NCBI GenBank assembly: GCA_964361595.1
Contig: CAYIAX010000001.1
Coordinates: forward strand, 98,128-162,127
Length of the DNA: 64,000 nt
Direction of reading: 5' to 3'
Source: an uncultured Candidatus Saccharibacteria bacterium
GTDB lineage: Bacteria; Patescibacteriota; Minisyncoccia; UBA6257; 2-01-FULL-56-20
Shown piece by piece: positions 45,614-54,716 of the stretch. The notes beneath the pieces were generated by a model. It was not told the DNA's origin. It saw only the letters and a list, made by a program, of their open reading frames with translations, and did no database searches. Made by a program: the position numbers and the translations under genes. Within the stretch, counting starts at the first letter, position 1; every line of letters begins with the position of its first letter.

Positions 45614-45711
45614 GTTTTATTTATGAATTTTTTGATAAGCTAGGTACGCCGTTTCCCGTGCTTAAAGATAGCGACCTTGACCTCAAGCGCAACGCTATCC
45701 CATCGACCTGC

Positions 45712-45885
45712 GCTTTTTTATTTTCACTTACCAGAATACCCCGCCGCTCTGCGGCGAAGATGAATAGTGGAGTGAAAATAACCCTGCCGCCCGGCTTAGC
45801 TGGGCGAGCCTCGCCACAGGCGGGAGTCGGGTCGAAGGGTTACCTGTATAGATGCCGCACCGCTTGCGGTGCGGTAATTCATCTG
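45712..45885 (+). ncRNA. Copy 2 of the two-copy structured element (see 13046-13195). It carries a ~40-nt insertion in one hairpin loop.
   Basis: Conserved blocks TTTTTATTTTCAyTTACCAGAATA, CGCCGCTyTGCGGCGA, GAGTGAAAATAACCCTG and GTCGAAGGGTTAC. The insertion sits inside the aaccct/agggtt hairpin loop. Confidence 0.4.
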
Positions 45886-45962
45886 CTTTTTGACTTTTGC
45901 TGTGCTCGAGGCTATTTTGAATACACCCCCTGCGGCAAACCGATGGGGACTTTGCGCGTTTT

Positions 45963-48089
45963 ATGCCAAATCATTTCCAGCTAAAATCGAATTTTAAACC
46001 GGCTGGCGATCAACCGCGAGCGATCGATGCGCTTGTTTCGGGTTTGGAAAAAAATTTGAAACATCAAACTTTGCTTGGCGTAACCGGTTCGGGCAAGACC
46101 TTTACGATCGCGAATGTAATCGCCAAGGTCAACAAACCCGCGCTCGTGATTGCGCATAATAAAACATTGGCGGCCCAGCTCACCAATGAGTTTAAGGAGT
46201 TTTTTCCGCATAATTCGGTCAACTATTTCGTTTCCTATTACGATTATTACCAACCGGAAGCATATTTACCGACCACCGACACTTATATCGGCAAAGAGGC
46301 TTTGATTAACGAGGAAATTGATAAACTGCGCCATGCGGCGACGACCGCGCTCTTAACGCGCCGGGACGTGATCGTGGTCGCTTCAGTCTCTTGCATTTAT
46401 GGTTTGGGCGCGCCGGAGATATATGCGCAAAATATTTTCCATTTCCAAACGGGGGATTTAGTGAAGCGCGAGGAACTTGCCCGCAAACTGATCGAACTTC
46501 AATTTAAGCGAACCAATGCGGATTTGAAGCGGGGGACCTATCGCTTGCGCGGCGACACCTGGGAAATTATGCCGCCCGACCGGGAGGTAATTTACACTTT
46601 TGACCTTAAGGGTGGAGTGATCGAAAAAATCTACGAAATTGATCCCGTGCAGGGCTTCCGGCCCGGCAAAACTCCGACTGTACAGGAAATCTTCATTGCG
46701 CCCGCCAAGCACTTCATCACGCTTGTACCCGAGCGCGAACGGGCCATTAAGGCAATCAAAGCCGAGCTCAAGGAGCGGCTTAAATACTTCGAGGAGCACA
46801 AGAAGTTTCTCGAAGCCGAACGGCTGGAACGGCGCACCAAATTCGACATCGCCATGATCCGCGCCGTTGGCTATTGCCACGGCATCGAAAACTATTCCCG
46901 GCACCTTTCCGGCCGCGGCCAGGGCGAACCGCCCGCCACGCTTTTGGATTATTTTTTTACCCGCCGACTTGGCCACCATAGCTTCAGCGCTGGTGGAAGC
47001 CTTGGCGAAGGCGGGCCTTCGCAGCGCGGAAGCGTGCAGACGAAACGCGATCGTCAGGAAGAGCTGGACTTCCTGACCATAATTGACGAATCGCACGTTA
47101 CTGTGCCGCAGATCTCCGGCATGTTCGCAGGCGATGCTTCGCGCAAGCGTACTTTGATTGAATACGGTTTCCGTTTGCCTTCCGCGGCCGACAACCGTCC
47201 GCTCACCTTCAGAGAATTCGAGGCGAGGGCAGGCCGGACAATTTATACTTCGGCGACGCCAGGGTCTTACGAAAAGAAGGTCAGCAAGCAAACCGTAGAA
47301 CAGATAATCCGCCCCACCGGTTTGGTGGATCCTAAAATCACCGTGCGGCCGGCGCGCGGACAGATTGACGACCTTTTGCCGCGCATTGAAGGACGGGTAA
47401 GGGAGAAAGAGCGGGTGCTTGTAACCACGCTTACAAAGCGCATGGCCGAGGATTTAAGCGCGTATCTCGAGGAGCTCAAGATAAAGGTCACATATCTCCA
47501 CAGCGACGTAAAAACTCTGGATCGGATCAGGATTTTGACTTTATTACGGAAAGGGTCCGCCAGCGGCGGATTCGACGTTTTGGTCGGCGTAAACCTGTTG
47601 CGCGAAGGCTTGGACCTGCCGGAAGTTTCATTAGTCGCGATTCTTGACGCCGATAAGGAGGGGTTCCTGCGGAGCGAAACGTCGCTGATCCAGACCATTG
47701 GCCGGGCGGCCAGGAACGTGGCCGGCGAAGTTTTGATTTACGCCGACCAAATCACAGGCTCGATTGAGCGGGCGCTTAAAGAAACCGAACGGCGCCGTAA
47801 GCTCCAGTTGGAATACAATAAAAAACACGGGATTACGCCCAAAACCATCGTCAAGGCTATTACTGATATTCTGCCGAATGTGGACGAGATCCTGAAACTG
47901 GAGCTAAAACCAGTGCCGATATCAAAAGCCGCCCTCGAGGAGATGATTGCGGCGAAGGACAGGGAGATGAAGGCGGCGGCGAAACGCCTGGATTTCGAAT
48001 TGGCAGCACTTTTACGGGACGAGCTAAAATTGCTTTATAAAAAACAAGCCCAAAAGACAAAACCCAAGGAGCATTCAACTAAAGACTAA
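45963..48089 (+). CDS. uvrB: Excinuclease ABC subunit B
   Basis: 708 aa. Walker A GVTGSGKTFT, helicase motifs, the beta-hairpin, and the C-terminal UvrC-binding coiled coil. Confidence 0.95.
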   Translation: MPNHFQLKSNFKPAGDQPRAIDALVSGLEKNLKHQTLLGVTGSGKTFTIANVIAKVNKPALVIAHNKTLAAQLTNEFKEFFPHNSVNYFVSYYDYYQPEAYLPTTDTYIGKEALINEEIDKLRHAATTALLTRRDVIVVASVSCIYGLGAPEIYAQNIFHFQTGDLVKREELARKLIELQFKRTNADLKRGTYRLRGDTWEIMPPDREVIYTFDLKGGVIEKIYEIDPVQGFRPGKTPTVQEIFIAPAKHFITLVPERERAIKAIKAELKERLKYFEEHKKFLEAERLERRTKFDIAMIRAVGYCHGIENYSRHLSGRGQGEPPATLLDYFFTRRLGHHSFSAGGSLGEGGPSQRGSVQTKRDRQEELDFLTIIDESHVTVPQISGMFAGDASRKRTLIEYGFRLPSAADNRPLTFREFEARAGRTIYTSATPGSYEKKVSKQTVEQIIRPTGLVDPKITVRPARGQIDDLLPRIEGRVREKERVLVTTLTKRMAEDLSAYLEELKIKVTYLHSDVKTLDRIRILTLLRKGSASGGFDVLVGVNLLREGLDLPEVSLVAILDADKEGFLRSETSLIQTIGRAARNVAGEVLIYADQITGSIERALKETERRRKLQLEYNKKHGITPKTIVKAITDILPNVDEILKLELKPVPISKAALEEMIAAKDREMKAAAKRLDFELAALLRDELKLLYKKQAQKTKPKEHSTKD

Positions 48090-48448
48090 ACACTTTATGC
48101 ACCTTTCGTGGTAATTTATCCACCGCTTCTTAACCTTTTTGCGTTGACTTTTTCCGAGGATGTTCAACAATGGAATTAGGTTGGCGCGGCGAATGGATTG
48201 GCACTTCCGATCAAATAATATAAATACCTTTTAGCAGTCCCATCGCGCGGGTTCGAGGACCCCCGGTAAGGCTCAATCGTGGTATCCTGCGGAATCCCAA
48301 CTCCATTACAAGCGCCGGACCTACTTATGGGAAGGTGAGGTTTCCGTAGGAATAGCTACGGTGCTTTGCCTTGTCTGGCTTGTTGCGTGTTATATCGTCA
48401 TAGTCATTCTTATCGTATCGTAATTGTCATTGTATAAGTCTGGGAGAA

Positions 48449-48478
48449 GGCGCCTGCGGGCGTTTTTTTTGGTTTTTT
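48449..48478 (+). terminator. Intrinsic terminator: a short GC hairpin followed by T8. It closes a ~350-nt ORF-free region downstream of uvrB.
   Basis: ggcgcctgcgggcgtttttttt. Confidence 0.45.
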
Positions 48479-48534
48479 GGCCTGTGGATAAACTGGCCTT
48501 GTCTACAGAATACATGGTCGGGTAGAATGTAAAC

Positions 48535-49185
48535 GTGGAAACACCAGTAACTGCAAGGCAAAAAGAGCTTTTGGGGCTTATTTATGACTATCTTAAGGAA
48601 ACTGGATATTCCCCGACGATAAGCGAAATGAGGGAAAGGCTTAAGGTTGCTTCCAATCAATCCATCCTTGATCTTCTTAAAAAACTGGAAAGTGGGCAGC
48701 TGATAAAAAAAACCGAATCTGCCGCGCGGAGTATTTCCATATTGCCTTTGGCATTCCAGCTTTTATCAAGGCCGCCCCTGGTTGAATTTATGGGCGCTAC
48801 GAGCGCCGGTTCTCCGATCGGAAGCATAGAAATAACGGGAGAATGGCAAGTCCTGCCTTCTTTCCAGGGCGAGAAAGTTTCGAAGCTCAAAAACGATGTT
48901 TTTCTTCTGAAAATCCACGGCGATTCGATGATTAACGCCGGAATTGATAATGAAGACATAGTTTTGGTCCAAAAACAGAAAGAGTTTATTTCCGGAGATA
49001 TTGTGCTCGCGCAAATAGGGGATGAGTCAACCATAAAAAGATTTATTTCCGACGACAAGCCCCCGTATGTTTATTTGAAGCCGGAAAATCCGAAATACCA
49101 AAATATTCCCTTTACTGAAGAGATGCGGCTGGAAGGAAAGGTCATCTCGATTTCCAAAAACGGCTACTGGCAGCCGCTAAAATAA
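48535..49185 (+). CDS. lexA: LexA repressor (S24 peptidase)
   Basis: N-terminal winged HTH (LTARQKELL...GYSPTISEM). Catalytic Ser in GDSM and catalytic Lys in STIKRF. Confidence 0.85.
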   Translation: METPVTARQKELLGLIYDYLKETGYSPTISEMRERLKVASNQSILDLLKKLESGQLIKKTESAARSISILPLAFQLLSRPPLVEFMGATSAGSPIGSIEITGEWQVLPSFQGEKVSKLKNDVFLLKIHGDSMINAGIDNEDIVLVQKQKEFISGDIVLAQIGDESTIKRFISDDKPPYVYLKPENPKYQNIPFTEEMRLEGKVISISKNGYWQPLK

Positions 49186-51167
49186 TGCCCACGGCGAAAA
49201 CGAACGAAAGCCGGAAAATAATAGATAAGATTTTTGGAAATCCCGATATAGCTTTCGGACTCAAAGAATTCGAGGGAATAGATTTTAACCAAATTCTCAA
49301 GATCACCGAGAATCAGCCGGGCCGTTTTTACATAAAAGATTTAAAATCCGGCAGCCAGAAATTTGTTTATGATGAAACGAAGAATACCGGCAAGCCGGAA
49401 GAAATTATCCGCCAGCTGTGGCTTTATAAACTAAACACGCATTATAAGTACCCGTTCGAAAGGATCGAAACCGAAAAGAGCATCCGGTTTGGCCGGGAAG
49501 TCCATGCAAAGGCGGCTGATGTTGTTATCTATAAAAAAGACAAAATAACCCCGTATATAATTTTAGAGGTTAAAAATCCCGACGAGAAAAAAAGTATTGA
49601 TCAGCTGAAAACTTACTTAAACTCCGAGGGGTCGGAAATCGGCGTTTGGTCTAACGGCAAGGACAAGGTCATTCTCTATCGCCCCTATCCTAAAGAATTT
49701 GAAGATTCTTTAAGCGATATTCCCCGCGCCGACCAAACCATAGACGACCTTTTTGAAATAAAAAGAAGCTGGGGAGATTTGAATCCGAAATTCGACTTTA
49801 TCGAGATTGTCCGGCACATGGAGGAGCTGGCCCTCGCCGGTTCAGGCGCGAATGTTTTTGAAGAAATATTTAAAATCGTTTACGCCAAACTTTATGACGA
49901 GAAGCTGGCGCGTGAGCGAAGGGAAAATGAAGAAGTGGTTTTCAGAAAATACCGCGATCCGCAGAAAACCTATGATGTTATCAATAACGAGCTTTTCAAA
50001 AACGCCATAAAAGAGTGGCCGGACACTTTCGAGCCGTCGGACAGAATCCGCCTTTCTCCGGATCGATTAAATATCTGCGTGGCCTTTCTTGAGAACATCC
50101 GGCTTTTTGAAATCGGCCAGGGGGAATACGAAATTATTGATAGCGCCTTTGAGTATCTCATAACCGAAGTTTCAAAAGGTAAAAAGGGGCAGTATTTTAC
50201 CCCTCGCCATGTAATTAAGATGTGCGTAAAGATGATGGAACCGAAAGAGGGGGAATATGTGCTCGATCCCGCTTGCGGCTCCGGCGGATTCCTTTTGCAT
50301 TCGATGTATCGCGTTTGGGAGGGCCTTAAGACCGAATCGGCCCAGAAAAATTATGCTTCCAAATATATTTTTGGATTTGATTTCGACGACAATATGCGGA
50401 GAATTTCGCAGGCGTTGATGCTTATAGCCGGTGACGGCAAGCATCACATTTTCAAAAGGGATTCGCTTGACGCGCGCGACTGGCAGGGCGGCGAAAGCGA
50501 AGATGCGCGGGTTGCTCTAAAGCCGCTTCTCGCGAGATTTGATAATCTCTCGGACGATAAGGCCAATCAAAATTCATACCGGCATTTGAATTTTGACATA
50601 ATACTCACCAATCCGCCGTTTGCCGGAGAAAATCCCGAGATCGGGCTTTTACGTCAGTATGAGTTGGCCAGAAAAGAAGGCGGCAAGCTGAAAAATAACG
50701 TCGAGCGGCACATTTTATTCATCGAGCGGGTTCTTGATGCCGTAAAGCCCGGCGGGCGGGTTGCAATCGTCCTGCCGCAAGGCGTTTTGAACAACACGAA
50801 TATGAAATATATCCGGGATTACCTTTTCGAGAAAGCCCGGGTTTTGGCGGTGGTCGGATTGCATGGAAACACATTTAAGCCCCACACGGGAACGAAAACA
50901 AGCGTTTTGTTTCTGCAGAAATGGCTTGCCCGCCGAAGTCTCGACGAAGGCGGGGGCGAAGATCAAAAGCCGCTCAAGGACTACCCGATTTTTATGGCGG
51001 TTTCCAAGAAAGGCGGCAAGGACAATTCGGGCGATTACATTTATAAAAAAGACGCGAACAGAAATTATTTCCATAACGACAAAGGCCGGAAAGTCCTTGA
51101 TCACGACTTGGACGAAATAGCAGATGAATTCAGGAAATTTTCCGGAAAAGAAAAACTCGAATTTTAG
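49185..51167 (+). CDS. hsdM: Type I restriction-modification M subunit (N6-adenine MTase) with an N-terminal HsdR_N-like PD-(D/E)xK domain
   Basis: The N-terminal ~190 aa has an ADVVIYKK...PYIILEVKNPDE nuclease-like core (HSDR_N_2-type). MTase motif I is LDPACGSGGFLL and motif IV is TNPPFAG. The ATG overlaps the lexA stop (TAATG). Confidence 0.85.
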   Translation: MPTAKTNESRKIIDKIFGNPDIAFGLKEFEGIDFNQILKITENQPGRFYIKDLKSGSQKFVYDETKNTGKPEEIIRQLWLYKLNTHYKYPFERIETEKSIRFGREVHAKAADVVIYKKDKITPYIILEVKNPDEKKSIDQLKTYLNSEGSEIGVWSNGKDKVILYRPYPKEFEDSLSDIPRADQTIDDLFEIKRSWGDLNPKFDFIEIVRHMEELALAGSGANVFEEIFKIVYAKLYDEKLARERRENEEVVFRKYRDPQKTYDVINNELFKNAIKEWPDTFEPSDRIRLSPDRLNICVAFLENIRLFEIGQGEYEIIDSAFEYLITEVSKGKKGQYFTPRHVIKMCVKMMEPKEGEYVLDPACGSGGFLLHSMYRVWEGLKTESAQKNYASKYIFGFDFDDNMRRISQALMLIAGDGKHHIFKRDSLDARDWQGGESEDARVALKPLLARFDNLSDDKANQNSYRHLNFDIILTNPPFAGENPEIGLLRQYELARKEGGKLKNNVERHILFIERVLDAVKPGGRVAIVLPQGVLNNTNMKYIRDYLFEKARVLAVVGLHGNTFKPHTGTKTSVLFLQKWLARRSLDEGGGEDQKPLKDYPIFMAVSKKGGKDNSGDYIYKKDANRNYFHNDKGRKVLDHDLDEIADEFRKFSGKEKLEF

Positions 51168-51669
51168 AAATAAGCCTAGAATTGATTTCGAGAAGTTCAA
51201 GAGGGCTAAATTAGACGCTGAAGAATTTTATAAATCTATCGGAGAAATTTATTGCCCTTATTTAAAAGAAAAAATTTCATTTAATGCTAAAGGATTAGAT
51301 CATATAAAATTTGGGGGCTGGAACAAAACAAGACCCCTAAGAGATCAATATATTAGATTGCGACTTCTGAAATTAGCCCCTCAAATAATAAGAGAGTCAC
51401 ATACTTTACAGGAATTTTTCGAAACAACGCGCCTTGAGCGGCGTAGAATAAACGCAAAATGGCAGATGAGCATAGAAAAAACTACTTATTATGGTTTCGT
51501 AGCAATAATCAGAGATTGCAGAATAAAAATAATTATTAAATCAATAGAAGGTGGAAGTAAATTTTTTTGGAGTATTATTCCTTTTTGGAAAAACAGAAGA
51601 TATAAAGTCGATGAAAATACTGTAAATAACAAAAAAATTCTCCATGAAGGAGATTTGGAATTGCAGTAA
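51124..51669 (+). CDS. Hypothetical protein A, embedded between hsdM and hsdS
   Basis: 181 aa, basic. The start overlaps the hsdM 3' end. No recognisable domain. AT-rich. Confidence 0.4.
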   Translation: MNSGNFPEKKNSNFRNKPRIDFEKFKRAKLDAEEFYKSIGEIYCPYLKEKISFNAKGLDHIKFGGWNKTRPLRDQYIRLRLLKLAPQIIRESHTLQEFFETTRLERRRINAKWQMSIEKTTYYGFVAIIRDCRIKIIIKSIEGGSKFFWSIIPFWKNRRYKVDENTVNNKKILHEGDLELQ

Positions 51670-51817
51670 TTCAAGCGGTGTTTGTCTGCGGTTTAAAGAT
51701 TGTAACTGCGGGAGAACCAAAGTCCTCACAAACACCATTGGTAGTATACACCAAAACGGTCAAAAAATCAACTGTGGATAAATTAAAGAAAATATAGTCG
51801 AAAAAACAACCAAAAAT

Positions 51818-52282
51818 ATGAAAATCGAACTTACAAAGGAACAATATAAAAAATTGCTCATTATGAGCGAAATAACAAACAGCATTTTCGGCCTTTTAGG
51901 CGATCATCTGCCAAATACGGATTATAAAAAACGCTCGAACGAAATGGAGCGATTTGGAAAATATCTTTTGGGGAAAGCCGGTGATTTCGGTTGCAAGGAA
52001 TTTACGGAAAAATTCGAAGGGAAGGATGTTTTTAATGAGAAAACACATCATCGGCTTATCATGCCGATATTGGAAGATTACGAAGAGTTTATAATTTTCG
52101 ATGGATTGGCTAATAAATTAGCCTGGCGCGATTTTCGCCGCGATCATTCGGAAGCGGAAATGCGGGAAATGGGAAAAAAGAACGGCGGCTATTTCGGAGT
52201 CGCGCTTTATAATTACGAGAAAAAATACTGGGATGAGTTTAAGAAGCATGATTACGAAAGATTGGAGATAAAAGAAAAATAA
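51818..52282 (+). CDS. Hypothetical protein B, embedded between hsdM and hsdS
   Basis: 154 aa, charged (K/E-rich), no recognisable domain. Confidence 0.45.
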   Translation: MKIELTKEQYKKLLIMSEITNSIFGLLGDHLPNTDYKKRSNEMERFGKYLLGKAGDFGCKEFTEKFEGKDVFNEKTHHRLIMPILEDYEEFIIFDGLANKLAWRDFRRDHSEAEMREMGKKNGGYFGVALYNYEKKYWDEFKKHDYERLEIKEK

Positions 52283-52290
52283 AATTAATT

Positions 52291-52641
52291 ATGTCAAATA
52301 ATATTTTTCCAGAATTGGACGGTTGGGACGATATTAACTCAAGCGGGGGGACTATTGGCACCGGAATAAATAAAGCGATTCATAGATTGGTTATTTCTAT
52401 TGCCAATTTAAGGTCTAGTGTTTCTTCGCAACTTACGTACGTTAAAGGGAAGATAGAAAGCTTGAATCAATCTTTCGAACAACTTAACGAAAATATTCAA
52501 AAAGCAGATCAATCATCTACGAAATTAGCAAGAGCGCTTAACAAATTAACTTTCTGGGCTGTAGTTATTGCGGCTCTTGGGCTCTTAAATTCGTTAGGTC
52601 AGTTTTTATACCAAAATAAATTATGGCCGTTTTCTCAATAA
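52291..52641 (+). CDS. Hypothetical small protein C with a coiled-coil segment and a C-terminal TM helix, embedded between hsdM and hsdS
   Basis: 116 aa. LTFWAVVIAALGLLNSLGQFLY is a TM helix. Its 3' end overlaps the hsdS start. Confidence 0.4.
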   Translation: MSNNIFPELDGWDDINSSGGTIGTGINKAIHRLVISIANLRSSVSSQLTYVKGKIESLNQSFEQLNENIQKADQSSTKLARALNKLTFWAVVIAALGLLNSLGQFLYQNKLWPFSQ

Positions 52642-53987
52642 TTAAAAAAAGCGAATTGGAAGGATCCTTGCGGCTGGACGCGGAATATTATAAGCCGGAG
52701 TACCTGGTTACATTGGAAAAGATAAAAAGCTTCACTTCCGGATTTAAAAAGTTGCCTTATTTCTTATCCAGAGTAGTTGTTACGGGAAGTACGCCAAAGA
52801 AAAGAAGTTGTAGAAACGATGGCACGGATATTAAATTTATTAAGACAGATACCTTGCGAGAAGGACAAATTATTTTTGAAGAAGCAGATTTTTTACCCCT
52901 ACAAGAAAGTCGAAAAAATAGCGAGCCAAAAAACGGAGATATTCTCGTAACTATAATTGGAGCAACTCACGATATAGTTGGGCGGGTTGCAAGGGTATTT
53001 TCCGATGATCCCAAAATAAATATTAACCAAAATATCGCTTTATTAAGGCCGAATCAATTAAGTTTTTCTAGTTATATTTCTGTTTTGCTTCAAACAAAAT
53101 ATGGGCGGGGTCAATTATGGCAACAAAGCAGACAAACGGAGCAAGTCAACTTGAATTGTCGTGAAATAGAAAATATTTTAGTGCCGCTACCTAAAGATAA
53201 TTTTATCGCAGATATAGATAATCTCGTTATAGAATCACATGATTTAATTAGGCAGTCTAAAAATTTATACTCCCAGGCCGAAAATTTGCTTTTGGAAGAA
53301 TTGGGACTGAAAGATTTTCAGGCCGAGAGTAAATTGTATTCAATAGTCAACCTTTCCGAACTGAAATCCGCCAACCGCATGGACGCGGAATATTTCCAAT
53401 CGCATTATGATGGCGTGCTAAATTTAAAAATCGATAAGAAAAGATTATCGGAAATTTCAGATAGAGTAACCGAAAAAATTAAGCTAAATCTAAATTTGGA
53501 ATACAAATATACAGAAATTGGCGACATAGATATTGGGAGCGGAGAAGCTTCGTTTAATTTAAAACAAGGGAAAGATCTGCCAGCTAACGCTAAAATCGGA
53601 ATTTCTGGCGGAGAATTGATAATCTCCAAGGTCAGGCCGACTAGGGGCGCAATCGCAATTGTTCCGGAGGATTGGAAAGATAACCATGTCGTAAGCGGAG
53701 CGTTTTCCGTAATAAAAGCAAGTTCTCCTTTGCGGGAATATATGCAAGTAGTTTTGCGGTCTATAGTTGGTAAGTTGCAAATGGAGAAACCGACAACCGG
53801 AAGTTCGTATCCGACAATTGATGATTCCGACGTGGAAAATCTTTTAATCCCGATTTTGCCTAAAGCGACCCAGCAAAAAATCGCCGACCTGGTTAGAAAA
53901 TCCCACGAAGCGCGGAAAAAATCAAAAGAACTGCTTGAAGAAGCAAAACGGAAAGTTGAGGAAATGATTGAGAATTCCAATAACTAA
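52623..53987 (+). CDS. hsdS: Type I restriction-modification specificity subunit (HsdS) with two target-recognition domains
   Basis: Two repeated conserved regions (LRLDAEYYKPEY and RMDAEYFQSHY) and conserved central and distal helices (LIPLPP...QQKIADLV). Confidence 0.8.
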   Translation: MAVFSIIKKSELEGSLRLDAEYYKPEYLVTLEKIKSFTSGFKKLPYFLSRVVVTGSTPKKRSCRNDGTDIKFIKTDTLREGQIIFEEADFLPLQESRKNSEPKNGDILVTIIGATHDIVGRVARVFSDDPKININQNIALLRPNQLSFSSYISVLLQTKYGRGQLWQQSRQTEQVNLNCREIENILVPLPKDNFIADIDNLVIESHDLIRQSKNLYSQAENLLLEELGLKDFQAESKLYSIVNLSELKSANRMDAEYFQSHYDGVLNLKIDKKRLSEISDRVTEKIKLNLNLEYKYTEIGDIDIGSGEASFNLKQGKDLPANAKIGISGGELIISKVRPTRGAIAIVPEDWKDNHVVSGAFSVIKASSPLREYMQVVLRSIVGKLQMEKPTTGSSYPTIDDSDVENLLIPILPKATQQKIADLVRKSHEARKKSKELLEEAKRKVEEMIENSNN

Positions 53988-54027
53988 ATCCGGTTTTGAC
54001 TCAAAATTTGCGCGCTGCTATTATTAG

Positions 54028-54055
54028 GCGGAATTTGTTTAAACCCCATATTCGC
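54028..54055. promoter_or_regulatory. Perfect 28-bp palindrome ATTCGCTCATTCGCGCGAATGAGCGAAT between hsdS and the downstream nuclease gene. An extended -10 element (TGTTAAAAT) follows.
   Basis: Exact inverted repeat. The promoter-like TGtTAAAAT is at ~54098-54107 and the ATG is at 54118. Confidence 0.4.
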
Positions 54056-54117
54056 TCATTCGCGCGAATGAGCGAATGAATGATTTTCATATCGAAAAAA
54101 TTTGTTAAAATGTTTAA

Positions 54118-54660
54118 ATGGTAAAACCAGCACAGAGAGAATCTTACGCGGAAAGCATGCTGAAGGGGCGCATGGCCGAGACGCTCGTCGAGGAGCTGCT
54201 GCGGGCCTCGGGGAATGAAGTCTACCGTTTCGGCTACGAAGCGGTTTTGCAAAATCTCACACAAATCCAGGATCGCTTTGACCGGCTGAACAAGGCAAGC
54301 GAGCGGATCCGGATTTTTCCCGATTTCATAGTTTTAGACCGCAAAGGCGGCCCGGCCTTTGTGGAAGTTAAATTTCGTTGGGATTCCCGGCTTGACCAGG
54401 AGGGGGATATAAAGCGTTTGGAGCGTTTGCATGCCGATTGGGATGCAAAGCTCGTTATCGTAAATTGTTTCCAAAAACCTTATTTCCGCATTGCCGATCC
54501 GCCCTACCGCGACGAGAAACGGGGATTGTTGCTGCGGCCGCTTTTAGCCGAGGCCAATTGGAAAATCAAGCGCGAGCTCTACGAGGACGCGGAGCGCTTG
54601 GTAGAAAAGTATTTGAGCCCGACACTAATATCCTTAAGGCATAAGGCGTTAAATTTATAA
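54118..54660 (+). CDS. Small PD-(D/E)xK nuclease-fold protein (Hjc/Mrr-like core)
   Basis: GRMAETLVEELLRASG...PDFIVLD...AFVEVKFR has the E...D...E.K arrangement of restriction-endonuclease-like folds. 180 aa, with no helicase/ATPase domain. Confidence 0.5.
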   Translation: MVKPAQRESYAESMLKGRMAETLVEELLRASGNEVYRFGYEAVLQNLTQIQDRFDRLNKASERIRIFPDFIVLDRKGGPAFVEVKFRWDSRLDQEGDIKRLERLHADWDAKLVIVNCFQKPYFRIADPPYRDEKRGLLLRPLLAEANWKIKRELYEDAERLVEKYLSPTLISLRHKALNL

Positions 54661-54682
54661 AAAATCAAGCCTAGTTTTTTAG

Positions 54683-54710
54683 TTGACAGATGGCGGAGTT
54701 GGTCTAAAAT
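54683..54710 (+). promoter_or_regulatory. Canonical sigma70-like promoter (TTGACA, a 16-nt spacer, TAAAAT) that opens an ORF-free ~200-nt region
   Basis: TTGACA at 54683-54688 and TAAAAT at 54705-54710. Confidence 0.5.
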
Positions 54711-54716
54711 ATTGAC

